From the NCBI GenBank assembly GCA_964456455.1, contig CAYVZT010000003.1, positions 1 through 34,410 of the forward strand: a stretch of DNA of 34,410 bases. Reading direction: 5' to 3'. Positions 22,584 through 33,326 of the stretch are shown here, piece after piece (the stretch's first letter is position 1; every line of letters begins with the position of its first letter). The position numbers and the translations under genes are program-made. The notes under the pieces were generated by a model. That model saw only the letters and a program-made list of their open reading frames with translations, was not told where the DNA came from and made no database searches. This DNA is from an uncultured Candidatus Peribacteria bacterium (lineage in GTDB: Bacteria; Patescibacteriota; Gracilibacteria; BD1-5; JAGOOR01).

Positions 22584-23440
22584 AGAGGGAAATAAAGAGC
22601 AGAAATAACTGCCACAAAAAATAAAAGAGAAAGTATACGGAAAAACCAGACTATCGGCCACTTATGAAACCACACTTCGCTGCCAAACCATAGAGTAAGA
22701 GAAAAAAGACCAGCTATAACACCAAATAATCAGTCCCTGATACGTGCTAACCACTGAAATTCAGAAAACCCAAACATGATAATCCGATTGTTGACCACCC
22801 AAACTATGACAAGAAAAATGGCAAACATCAGAATCATGTATCGTATTGCCAGATGAAGACGAATTCGGTCTGCATCGATGACTTTGAGCATACTCCTATA
22901 GATCGTATCTTCTTCGAGATAGTGTTTGAGACGAGCATCTTCCCCTGGGGTCTGTACACGAGACGGCGCTGCTGGAGGAGAGAGTGTAGATGATGGTTCA
23001 GAAGAAGGAATTATTTCTGGTACAGGAGGCGTGGAAATAGTTTCAGTCTTTTTTTCTGGAACAGATAGAGGAGTTTCTACTTCTTTTTTTGTATCAATTG
23101 ATGGTCATGTTACGAGATCAGCGGAGGGTATTTTTGGTGGTGGAGTCGAAGCCAGTGAATCAAGTATAGTCGCCATAGAGTCACGAGTATTTGGCAACTG
23201 GATATCTGCCGATGATGATACACTTGGAGTTCAAGCAGAGTGATCGGTAGTGCTAGCGGGGGCTTCAGGAGGTGTGCCTTTATTCTCTCAGAGAATGGTC
23301 GCAAGAGAGTCAGACATGAGAGGGCTATCGGCTTTCGAAGGTGCTGATACAGGTGCAGACGCAGATGACTGACTCGTCACAGGTGCAGACGATTCTGTCA
23401 TATCTCAGAAAAGTGGTGATTGATTCGTGTTATCGGTCAT
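22577..23440 (-). CDS. hypothetical membrane protein with Ser/Pro/Thr-rich N-terminal region
   Basis: ATG 23438-23440 to TAA 22577-22579, with five in-frame TGAs. About 190 aa of low-complexity S/P/T/A sequence, then 3-4 TM helices ('YMILMFAIFLVIVWVV', 'LFGVIAGLFSLTLWF', 'LLFFVAVISALYF'). Translationally coupled to the lipoprotein gene. Confidence 0.5.
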
Positions 23441-23503
23441 GGCTTGCGTTAGAGGGAAAAATACATACGATACAATCGTAATTTTTACTCAGTATAGTGT
23501 ACT

Positions 23504-23800
23504 ATGATACCAACGCAAGACCAAGTCCGACATGTCGCCAAACTCGCCCGTCTCCACCTCACACCAGAGGAGCTAGAGCTCTATCAGTGACAGTTGGCTG
23601 GGATTTTTGGTCTCTTTGATAAACTCAATGAAATAGATGTTTCTTCGGTAGACACACCAAAACACGCTTCTCGTGAACAGATGATCCTCCGAAAAGATGA
23701 AGTGAATATGACAGATGATCCTGAAAAACTGCTTGCCGTGACACACCAGGAAATCATCGGTGGACATATCGCCATACCTGCTATCATGAAGAAAAAATAA
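23504..23800 (+). CDS. gatC: Asp/Glu-tRNA amidotransferase subunit C
   Basis: 'VRHVAKLARLHLTPEELELYQGQLAGIFGLFDKLNEIDVSSVDTP' is the GatC consensus, with one TGA=Gly. 98 aa. The stop is 1 nt before the pheS ATG. Confidence 0.85.
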
Positions 23801-23801
23801 T

Positions 23802-24794
<993 letters not shown>

Positions 24795-24883
24795 TATAGC
24801 AAAACCCATATATCCCATTTTGTCACCACCGAGAGAGCGAGAAACACTTGAGAAAGAAGTCAAAAAATACTAGACTGTGGCAT

Positions 24884-25996
24884 ATGTTTAAGAAACACCG
24901 CTGTCCCTATTGTGGCAATAACCCTATTCCCCACTATCTCAACTGGTATTTCGATAGTATCAATATCCTCACTGAAAAAATACAAGTAGGCATATGGGAT
25001 AACCCTCTCACACGTTTTATCAATCGATACGAAGATGATATATTTCTCTTTATGATCGGTCTTCTGCGATTATGTCAGATAGTACATCTCGGTAAAAAAC
25101 CAAGTAAATATACACTTTCTCGAGCAAAAGTTCTCTGGGAAGAAGCAGAAAAACGCGGTCTCGAGATGCGAGAAGTAAAAATACTCGATAGAAGTGTCGA
25201 TACCTACATCGTCCGAAAGACTATTCCCGGCTCAAGAAAGAAACACATCATGCTCTTTTCAGGACTTCCTCGACCAAAAACAGCGAATCAAGCGAGTTTG
25301 GCAACTCTGGATGACAAAGGTCTTTTCAAGAAAACGTGTGAAAAAAATGAACTCCCGGTGCCAAAGGGTGGAGTCGCACGGAGCTACGAAGAAGCTAAAA
25401 AAATATTTGATCGTATAGAAAAACCAGTCATCGTAAAACCGCGACTTGGGAGTCGAGGACGGCATGTCGTCACCTATGTCAGAAATCATGATGATCTCCG
25501 TGAAGCCTTTCGTATAGCACGTCAGCTCTGCCTCTGGGTCATCGTCGAAGAACAAATCATCTGACCGGTATACCGTGCCACATGTATCAATTATAAAGCA
25601 GAAGGCATCCTCGCAGGTCTACAGCCACAGGTACTCTGAGACGGGAAAAAGAATCTCACCGAACTCATACAGGAAAAAAATAAAAACAGAGATGCCGGGG
25701 TAGCAGAAGTGACACCAGACCAAAAGATGAACTGGTTTTTGAAACGACAACTCTCGTATGATGGTAGGATACAGCTCTCAGCAGAAGACCTCAAAAAACC
25801 ATGGAACATCTATGACACAAATTGGGATAGGTCTCTCTTTGAGACGTATATCCCCAAGAAAGATGAAACTGTCTATTTGAGCGAAAAGATCGGTGTCAGT
25901 TACGGTGGCGGATCTGCAGAAGAGTATGATATATGTCATCCTGACAACCGAGCTCTTTTTGAAAAAGCAGCCGAGGTATTTCATGATACAATTTAG
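24884..25996 (+). CDS. ATP-grasp enzyme, cyanophycin-synthetase (CphA) N-terminal-like; reading frame breaks near 25990
   Basis: 'DDKGLFKKTCEKNELPVPKG...EKPVIVKPRLGSRGRHV...VIVEEQIIGPVYRATCI...' has the ATP-grasp layout, with an N-terminal CPYCG segment. Two in-frame TGAs. It ends at a genuine TAG 25994-25996 before the expected C-terminal lobe. Alternative TTG start at 24848. Confidence 0.7.
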
Positions 25997-26157
25997 GCTT
26001 TGATTTCATGATTCCTGACATTTCGCGTTCATGGCATGAGCAGCGCTGTGGTTTCCTTGAGGCCAATAGCGTTCCTTTTATCAATCTGCATCACGATCCA
26101 CTTAAAGGAAAACCACGTAATATAGCGGCAAAAGTCTGGGATGGAATCAAGTTTTAG
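25987..26157 (+). pseudogene. displaced C-terminal segment of the ATP-grasp gene (shifted by one base)
   Basis: The frame one base back reads 'NLGFDFMIPDISRSWHEQRCGFLEANSVPFINLHHDPLKGKPRNIAAKVWDGIKF' up to TAG 26155-26157. This is the canonical ATP-grasp C-terminus (compare the CphA '...EVNAAPG..H..P..GKPRNV...' region). It has no start codon of its own. Confidence 0.6.
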
Positions 26158-26164
26158 AGTCTAT

Positions 26165-26192
26165 TTGACTCTTCTGGCATTTTTTCTATACT
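26165..26192 (+). promoter_or_regulatory. sigma70-like promoter upstream of secE-nusG
   Basis: TTGACT (26165-26170), a 16-nt spacer, then TATACT (26187-26192). It lies 34 nt upstream of the secE ATG. Confidence 0.4.
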
Positions 26193-26226
26193 CCTATGGC
26201 ATTTTCGTTCGTTATTTACCTTTCTT

Positions 26227-26523
26227 ATGGCAAACTTTATCAAAGAATCAATGGCAGAGCTTGAGCATGTCGTATGGCCTACACATATTGAAACCAAAAA
26301 ATTCTTCCAGGCAGTTGTTGGAATTATTGTAGCGATGACCCTGTTTACCTATCTTATCACGGTTCTCTTCAGCAATAGCATGTTTGGAATACGTAACATG
26401 ATACACGCACCTCAAAAAGCTGATCTCTCTGGCTCTCCAATCACAACACAACCAATGAAGATCACAACAGCCGATGGAAAAGAGCTCGAGGTAACTCCCG
26501 TGACAGAACCTGCTAAAAAATAA
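26227..26523 (+). CDS. secE: preprotein translocase subunit SecE
   Basis: 'FIKESMAELEHVVWPTHIETKKFFQAVVGIIVAMTLFTYLITVLF' matches the SecE amphipathic segment plus a single TM. It sits directly upstream of nusG, the conserved gene pair. Confidence 0.85.
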   Translation: MANFIKESMAELEHVVWPTHIETKKFFQAVVGIIVAMTLFTYLITVLFSNSMFGIRNMIHAPQKADLSGSPITTQPMKITTADGKELEVTPVTEPAKK

Positions 26524-26547
26524 TTTTATCCCCTTCCGTTCAGACTT

Positions 26548-27096
26548 ATGTCAAAACTCTTCGCTCCAAAACCAGAATGGTACGTTATCCGAGTTATCTC
26601 TGGTACAGAAGATAATGTCCGCACTTCCCTCATGCAGAGACGAGAGATGTTTAATCTTGAGAAATACATCCTCGACTGTTTTGTCCCTCTCCATGATGTC
26701 GTCACTCTCAAAAAAGGTGGTGGTTCAATAAAAAATAAGAAAAATGTCTTTCCTGGATATATCCTCGTAAAAATGATCGTCACAAACGAATCATGGTATG
26801 TCGTACGAAACACACCAAATGTGACGGGCTTTCTCGGTGCTGGTACAACTCCAGTACCTGTCACAGAAGCAGAGCTCGCTCGTATACAGGGTATGGTCGA
26901 TGAGAAAAACGCTGAATACAAAACTCCAGTGAAAATTGGTGACTATGCGACTATTCTTGCAGGGTCTTTTGCTGGTAGTGAAGGAAAAATAGTAGAAATC
27001 AATGAGAAAAAAGCGACACTCAAGCTCAACATCAATCTCCTCGGTCGAGACACACCTGTGGAGCTCGAATTTGGCCAGATAAAGATCAAACATTAA
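26548..27096 (+). CDS. nusG: transcription termination/antitermination factor NusG
   Basis: Complete 182-aa ORF. NGN domain 'WYVIRVISGTEDNV...FPGYILVKM...VRNTPNVTGFLG' and C-terminal KOW 'GDYATILAGSFAGSEGKIVEIN'. Confidence 0.93.
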   Translation: MSKLFAPKPEWYVIRVISGTEDNVRTSLMQRREMFNLEKYILDCFVPLHDVVTLKKGGGSIKNKKNVFPGYILVKMIVTNESWYVVRNTPNVTGFLGAGTTPVPVTEAELARIQGMVDEKNAEYKTPVKIGDYATILAGSFAGSEGKIVEINEKKATLKLNINLLGRDTPVELEFGQIKIKH

Positions 27097-27140
27097 TTTT
27101 TGTTTGCAATTTCGCGAGTATCAATAGAGTGTGACCAGTC

Positions 27141-27215
27141 GCCGGGGTAGCTCAGTGGTAGAGCAGAGGCCTGAAAAGCCTTGTGTCGGTAGTTCGATTC
27201 TACTCCTCGGCACCA
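27141..27215 (+). tRNA. tRNA-Phe (anticodon GAA)
   Basis: GCCGGGGTAGCTCAGTGGTAGAGCAGAGGCCTGAAAAGCCTTGTGTCGGTAGTTCGATTCTACTCCTCGGCACCA. Acceptor stem 7 bp, D-arm GCTC/GAGC, anticodon loop CTGAAAA, T-loop TTCGATT, encoded CCA end. Confidence 0.92.
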
Positions 27216-27227
27216 TGTAATATACAA

Positions 27228-27255
27228 CCTTGCACAGAAATGTGTGAGGTTTTTT
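27228..27255 (+). terminator. rho-independent terminator after tRNA-Phe
   Basis: Stem CCTTGCACA/TGTGTGAGG (9 bp including 2 G-U pairs), loop GAAA, then TTTTTT. It lies in the 56-nt gap before the convergent giant gene's stop. Confidence 0.6.
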
Positions 27256-27271
27256 AAATATATGCCCCTCT

Positions 27272-30200
27272 CTAGAATGAGCAAACCCCTCCTGAAAAAT
27301 TGGCTGGTCTCTGAAGAATAGGGGGCAAGCTTGCATTATTGAGGATCTGATAATTGATCTTAAAGGTGCAATCCGGGTTACCATCATTCGTAATCATACG
27401 AAAGCGCTCTAAATCAGTCTGGAGCGGTGTAGCTTTGATAGTTGCCGAGTTTTGCACAAGAGACGTGCCTGAGAAATAATAACCCGTGGTATTGAGTGGC
27501 ATAAGCTGGCTGAGATCAGTAGAAGAAAGTGAGCCACCTCTATGGTTGAAACTATAGAGTCGACCATTCAGGACAAGACGATTAGTCAGGAGATTCTTAT
27601 CTGTAACAGTATTTTTGAGAGCACCATTTACCGCATTTATGAGAGCACCATCAGCTACTATGATAGCATCTATTCTGGTCACGGATGGATCGATGAGTAT
27701 GTTTCACCCTCCTCCTTTAGCATTTTTTCGAGCTATTATGACGAGTATTTTATCACCGCCACTATATTTGATATCAGAATTAATTTGGATGTTTTTACCT
27801 TCTGCCAGAACCACTTTTTGACCAGACCCAGTCGGAGAACTCGAGAGAGTGAGGAGAGATCCGAGCGTTGTCGCAGTAGAGAGAGCTGGAGTAGAGTTTT
27901 TATCTTGATAATAATAGTATCACTGAGTATTCCTTTGATTAGAAGGAAGTCATTTGATATACGCAGCATTATTCCAAGAAAATGCTGTCGAATCAGGGAC
28001 ATACTGGCTCACAATATGAGTATTGATATTACCAGTAAGGAGACTCTGAAAACAGGAAGTGTTTTGGATATCGAGAGACAGAGAATACCCATACTGTTTT
28101 GCTGCTATTGCTGCCTGGAGAGGAGTCTTGTAGGTCGTGATGGTTGGAAGAGGGTTCATGTTCGTCGCAGAGAAGCACCCGACAGGATCAGATGGGTAGA
28201 CACCACGAGTGACGTTTCAGGCGTTGTCTTGGACACAGTAAGAGATGAGATTAGTAGTCGTAGTTGGTGAGCTCGTGACGCCGCTTGCAGACAGATTAGT
28301 GAGATTTTGTGTCATAGAAGCACCCGGTTGTCCATAAGCATAGTAATCACCGTTATCTGCAGCTGTGAGGAGACATTTTTCATCAAATTCGTAGAGGGAT
28401 GGATTGGCATTATACGCAGTTTTTGAGAAGACTCGGTAGAGCAGAGCGGGTGCTGCATTATTTTTCTGAAGAGCGGGAGTCAGGCTCGGAAGAGGTCTCA
28501 GCGATCCTGGCTTCCAGAGTCATGATCCACCCTCAGCTGGGTCGACAATAGAAAAACTCACCTTATTGGCAGACGGAGTTGAGACCGTGACTTTTGGTGG
28601 TACACTATCGACGCCAATATTTGTCACAGCAAGAGGGGTCGAATTCCCTGCTGTATCACGAACTGTGACACTTCCTGGAATAGTGGAATTATTGGTAAAT
28701 GTGCGAGAGTAGGTCATAACATCGGCTCATTCTCTGATATCTGGACTCTGTATACCAGGAGACCAGTACTGCTGTGAGCCTACTTCGAGAAGTGTCGGAG
28801 CACATGCACAGTCTCCCCCATCGCTCTTACCAGGCTTGTCATGACAGGTGATAACTGCTAGAACTGGCTGCTTTTGCCAGAGTTGATATTGAGTCGGTGA
28901 AAGCACTGCATTATTTCCTGTAAAATACTCAATAGAAGCCTCAGGTGGTACACCATCTCGAGCGAGAGAGTACAGTGTTGTCTGAAAACTACTATTATCA
29001 CCAGAGAATACAGTAACTGGCAATCCTCCTGTTGGGAGAATCATCGTACAGTTCGTTACAGGACTGAGAGCTCATGGTGGTTGACTCGTTATACACTGGA
29101 GATTTTGTTTTTTTTCGACACCATTTTCTCTGTATGTTATTTCTGGATAAATAGGACTAGCAGTGGTTCCACTATTTTTGTACATCCATTTCACACACTG
29201 AGCATAATCAGGACTTTTTTCATTACATCCTATATCGTAGGTAAAGGTGGTCGTCGATGAACAAACAGCATTTGAAGAAGGTGTAATAATGAAAGTTTCT
29301 GGCGTAGAACAATCTGTACCAATACAGGTTCTGATCTTACAGCTATCATTGGTACTATATCCATCACCTACTTTCACGGCACAAACTACATCAGTAGCAG
29401 TATTAAATGTATAACTTGGAGTCGGATTTGATATAAATCATATACCAAGAATATTGAACAAATCTGGTCAGAGAAATACTGTCTGATTACCCTGAGTAAA
29501 TCTATATGGCAAAATCGAAGTACCTGTATCAAGTCGACTACCACAACGAAACGAAGCATCAAAAGCTGACACATTGCTCATGTCATCTGAAAGTGTATCA
29601 CCCTTATACGCATATATTTTGCTACAACCTTGGACACTAGCATCACTCTGGTCTTTCACTACGATAGTTTTCGTACATGAGTCAGGTGTCATACTCGCCG
29701 CTTGAGCACTTGAAGAACCGTAGAGACATTTGACAGAATAGGTACCTGGTGCCATGAGCGGTCATACATGTTTAACAGAAGTACCATTTAAGAATAAACC
29801 TGATGTATAGACCGTACTTCACGATGTGATTTGATACCGAAAATGTGTGGTGCCTGGTTTTGCATCACAAGTGATATATGGTATGTCTACTTTTGCTTTG
29901 AGCTCGCTCGGAGCATGTGTACCACACTGACTCACGCAACTATTCGTAGCACAATCCCAACCCAAACCAGCTGGACAACAGGCGGCTTCATTACAGGTAG
30001 GTTGAGAGACATCTCGTGTGCATCGTAAACCAATTTTGGCTTTACAGTTGTTACTATCATCACTGTCTCCATTGATACAATCACCACAGTCACATGATTC
30101 ATTATCACTACAGATACCATCATTGTTACACTGTGAGCTACAGTAGCTCGTTGGTGCACAACTTGTATTTTTGAGCCAGAGGTTGATAGGACCAAAATAT

Positions 30201-31915
30201 GTATTGGCCATGCCCGCTGATGTACCAGAACCAAATATAACAGCACCACTCGCATTAATCTGTGTCGCATATCATGGGTCGACAGTGTTTCATGGGAAAT
30301 TTGAGATTCTCTCGACTCCATTGACGAAGAGGTCAACCGTATCTGTGGCTGGATCGTAGACCATCTCGTAGGTGTTATATTGATTGGCGCCTCAAACTAC
30401 TTTGTACTTATAGGTAGAAGCTGAAGGCGCTATGTAAGTGGTGCCTGAGTCGGTGAGACCTATGACGGTTGGAGTTTTATCAGCATCAAGTCAGATAACA
30501 AAGGTGAATCGTTTTTCTCATTTCGTTGTATTCTTTCATCGAGCAATTTCAAAGTACGAAGCGAGGAGCATAGAAGCAGTGCTGGTTGGGAGAGAGGCGG
30601 ATATGTTTTTGAGTTGGATAGTGAGCTTCCCTCCGTTATTAAATAAACTACTGAGTTCTGTTGTTGAGAATTTTTTATAAATTATTGCTCCACTCCCTGT
30701 ACCAGCATCGTTTACTTGCCAGACAGGTTTTCATGCATCAGTTTGAGTATTACCAAGTCCACTTATATAAGACCATCCTTGTGTAAGAGGGCTCGTGTTG
30801 GGAATGTATTTGAGAGAAGAAGTGAGATACTCTGAACAGTTATTTACTGGATTTGGCACAGTAGAACAATCAGTATTTCATGAGACACACTGCCCACAGC
30901 TACACATCTTCTGCCCGAGATCACAGCCACAGTCATCAGCGTTTGCGACACATTCATTTCGAGAAGCACAGTAGACAGGCTTGTCCGCTGGACAATACCA
31001 TTCACACTTCTGAGGCCCAGTACAGCCTGCTTGATTGGCACGTCGGACGCGTGCAATATCGAGATTACCAGAAAGATTTGCCTCATCGTCAGTACATTTG
31101 ATACCATTTGTTGCGACATTACCAGTACAGACAATAGGTATACAGGCTTTTGGTGTTGCAGAGGAATCAACACGATATCCATTCACACAGGTGTATTCAC
31201 ATTTTTCAGATGTATTTGTCCCATTTATCAAGAGATTGGTGGTATAATCTTGAGTAAATGTATACGGGAGGGTCGTTGGCAATTCTGCATTAGAGATAGG
31301 AGTGGCATTAGCAGTACTTATACTCGGATTAGCATTACATCGCGCCAGTCGACATTGTGTCACGCCTCCAATCGTATCACGGACATATCCAGTATTACAG
31401 GCATATTCACACTTTGTGGCATTGGTTGCAGGAGCACCAGAAAGTTCCTGAGCGTAGCTTACGATGCTAAAATTATAATTCTGTGTAAGAGTATATGATG
31501 GTCAGAGTTCAGAAGAAGATATCACATGAGCGTTGGTTAGGCTAACACTGGGGGTGCTAACACATCTGAATCGCGGTCGACAATTCATAGTAGCCCAGGA
31601 CCATCCACCAGTCGCACTACAAGCTGTCGATCCTTCATGCGCACTACAAGCAGATCCATAGCCACAATGGGGCCCCTGGTCATTGGATCTTGATGGACTA
31701 CAATTACTACCAGCATAATGACATTTCCATGTAATCTGATAGTTCCCCGGAGCGGTCTGAGTACCTGAACATTCTTTATAAGCATCCATGACTGTCCATC
31801 CAACTGATTTTGAAACAGTACAAGAAGCATTTTGAGAGTTTACCGTATCATAATTCGCCCAACCAGAGGAAAAACAAAAAAGAACAAAAAAAGAAATTAA
31901 AATTTTATACTTCAT
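27272..31915 (-). CDS. giant secreted cysteine-rich multidomain protein (1547 aa), putative surface adhesin
   Basis: Ten track ORFs (31502..31915, 30878..31363, 29819..30211, 29468..29755, 29072..29377, 28727..29044, 28520..28717, 27950..28159, 27272..27682 and the small fragments between) are in one frame. I translated every gap and found only TGAs (about 20), no TAA/TAG. Signal peptide 'MKYKILISFFVLFCFSSGWA'. Repeated 'KCEY(A/T)C..GY' modules, a jelly-roll/LamG-like segment, an Asp/Cys-rich segment, and a conserved C-terminal module ending 'GGVCSF'. Confidence 0.85.
28179..28228. repeat. 50-nt block identical to 34216..34265 (copy A)
   Basis: ccgacaggatcagatgggtagacaccacgagtgacgtttcaggcgttgtc occurs in both paralogs. 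It encodes DNAGNVTRGVYPSDPVG on the minus strand, including an in-frame TGA. Flanking sequence is only about 80% identical by eye. Confidence 0.85.
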
Positions 31916-31918
31916 GAT

Positions 31919-33316
31919 CTATTTTTTAGTCCAAAATGGTGCATGAATAGCATACGGTATATCTGTTTTCTTTTCGACGAGAGAATAACCCACATTTTCC
32001 CAGAGTCACGAAAATTGGTCATATACCCAAAACCCTGGTAAGCGAGATTTATTTTTGATCGTCCATTCAAAAGTAATGGGATACTGAGAGGTGTCCTTTT
32101 GACTCTCCATATATCATGCAAGCTGATCTTTTTCGACGAGCAGAGCCACCTTTTCTGGAGACTGTGTTTCATCATAATCCGCAGGATTGAAATATGGTGT
32201 TTTTTCATTTGCAGAGTTAGCCTCTACAAGAGCATTCAATTCACGATTTGTGGTCCAGACCTGCATGGGATAATTTTTATACACTTCCAATCTCTGTCCT
32301 TTCATATCATAGAAAAATATAAGTGGCATACCGTAGGTCAGCAAGCCTTCCGCAGCAAATCAGCTCGCATCAGTAAAAGCATCGGAAGTCAAAAGTTCAT
32401 TTGCCGTTGCACGATCAAATTCATATACCACAACTCTCACTCGACCGAGATAAGGGGATTGATTGCTATCACGAATAGCGTCAAAAGGTATCAGATATTT
32501 CGTAAATGGATTGGTAATCTGGTATCATTCTTTGGTCACAGATCCACCTTTGCCAGTGATAGTTTTTTTCTTCGTCTCTATGAATAATTCTTGATAGAGT
32601 CGTTTGAGGGTAAAATCTTTTGTAAATGATTGATCTTTCGTGACAGCATAAAGTGGATCTATCAGAGGTACCGTGTGTACACCAGTTGCATAGTCTGGAT
32701 GCGAAACCTGAAAACGGAGTTTCCGAGGTCAAAGAGTATTAGTATGAAATTCATATTTTCATGTTGCATCAGATAACACAAAACCATCTTCTCCAAAAAG
32801 AGAAATTTTAGCGTTTTTTATAGGTTTTTTTTGTTCATCATAAATGTATCCAGAGAGAGTGATTTTGGCTGTAATTTGATCACAAAATTGAGAATCAGTA
32901 CAAATTTCTTTTTGAAATTTTTTATAGTTTTCCCAATCCCCTTCCAAGGCGCTCAAATATCAAAAAGATCTCAGAGTGGTACGATCTCTTTTTCAGGCAT
33001 TGTAATCAGAACGAATCTTATCTCGTGTCGTAAGATAATCCAGATTGCCTTCGAGCAATTTAGTATAATTTGCACCGAGATGATCTATCACTTCTGTCTG
33101 CATTTTTTTTGCTTCGATGATAACTGGGTCTGCCAGAGGATCAGAAAATACATTCTCTGTCTTTGGATTTTTAGAAACAGATGCTTCAGAAGAAACAGTA
33201 CGAAAAAAGATATTTCTCGCACGAACAAATTCTGGCAAGTACATGCCCGAAATAGAAATCCCGACGCCCACCAAAAAACAAACAATACAAAACAAAATGA
33301 GTCGTACGATTCTCAT
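31919..33316 (-). CDS. membrane-anchored hypothetical protein with carboxypeptidase-regulatory-like beta-sandwich segment (465 aa)
   Basis: ORFs 32993..33397, 32759..32956 and 32114..32344 share a frame. I translated the 32345..32758 gap and it is open. Start at 'MRIVRLILFCIVCFLVGVGISI' (TM). 'ITLSGYIYDEQKKPIKNAKISLFGEDGFVLSDATGKYEF' resembles a CarboxypepD_reg fold. The TAG is 3 nt before the giant gene's ATG. Confidence 0.7.
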
Positions 33317-33326
33317 CAGAAAAATT

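Noticed and set aside
27093-27387. Minus-strand ORFs of 63 and 88 aa across 27093..27387
   Set aside because: They overlap the tRNA-Phe gene and its terminator ('...RHKAFQASALPLSYPG...' is a translated tRNA).
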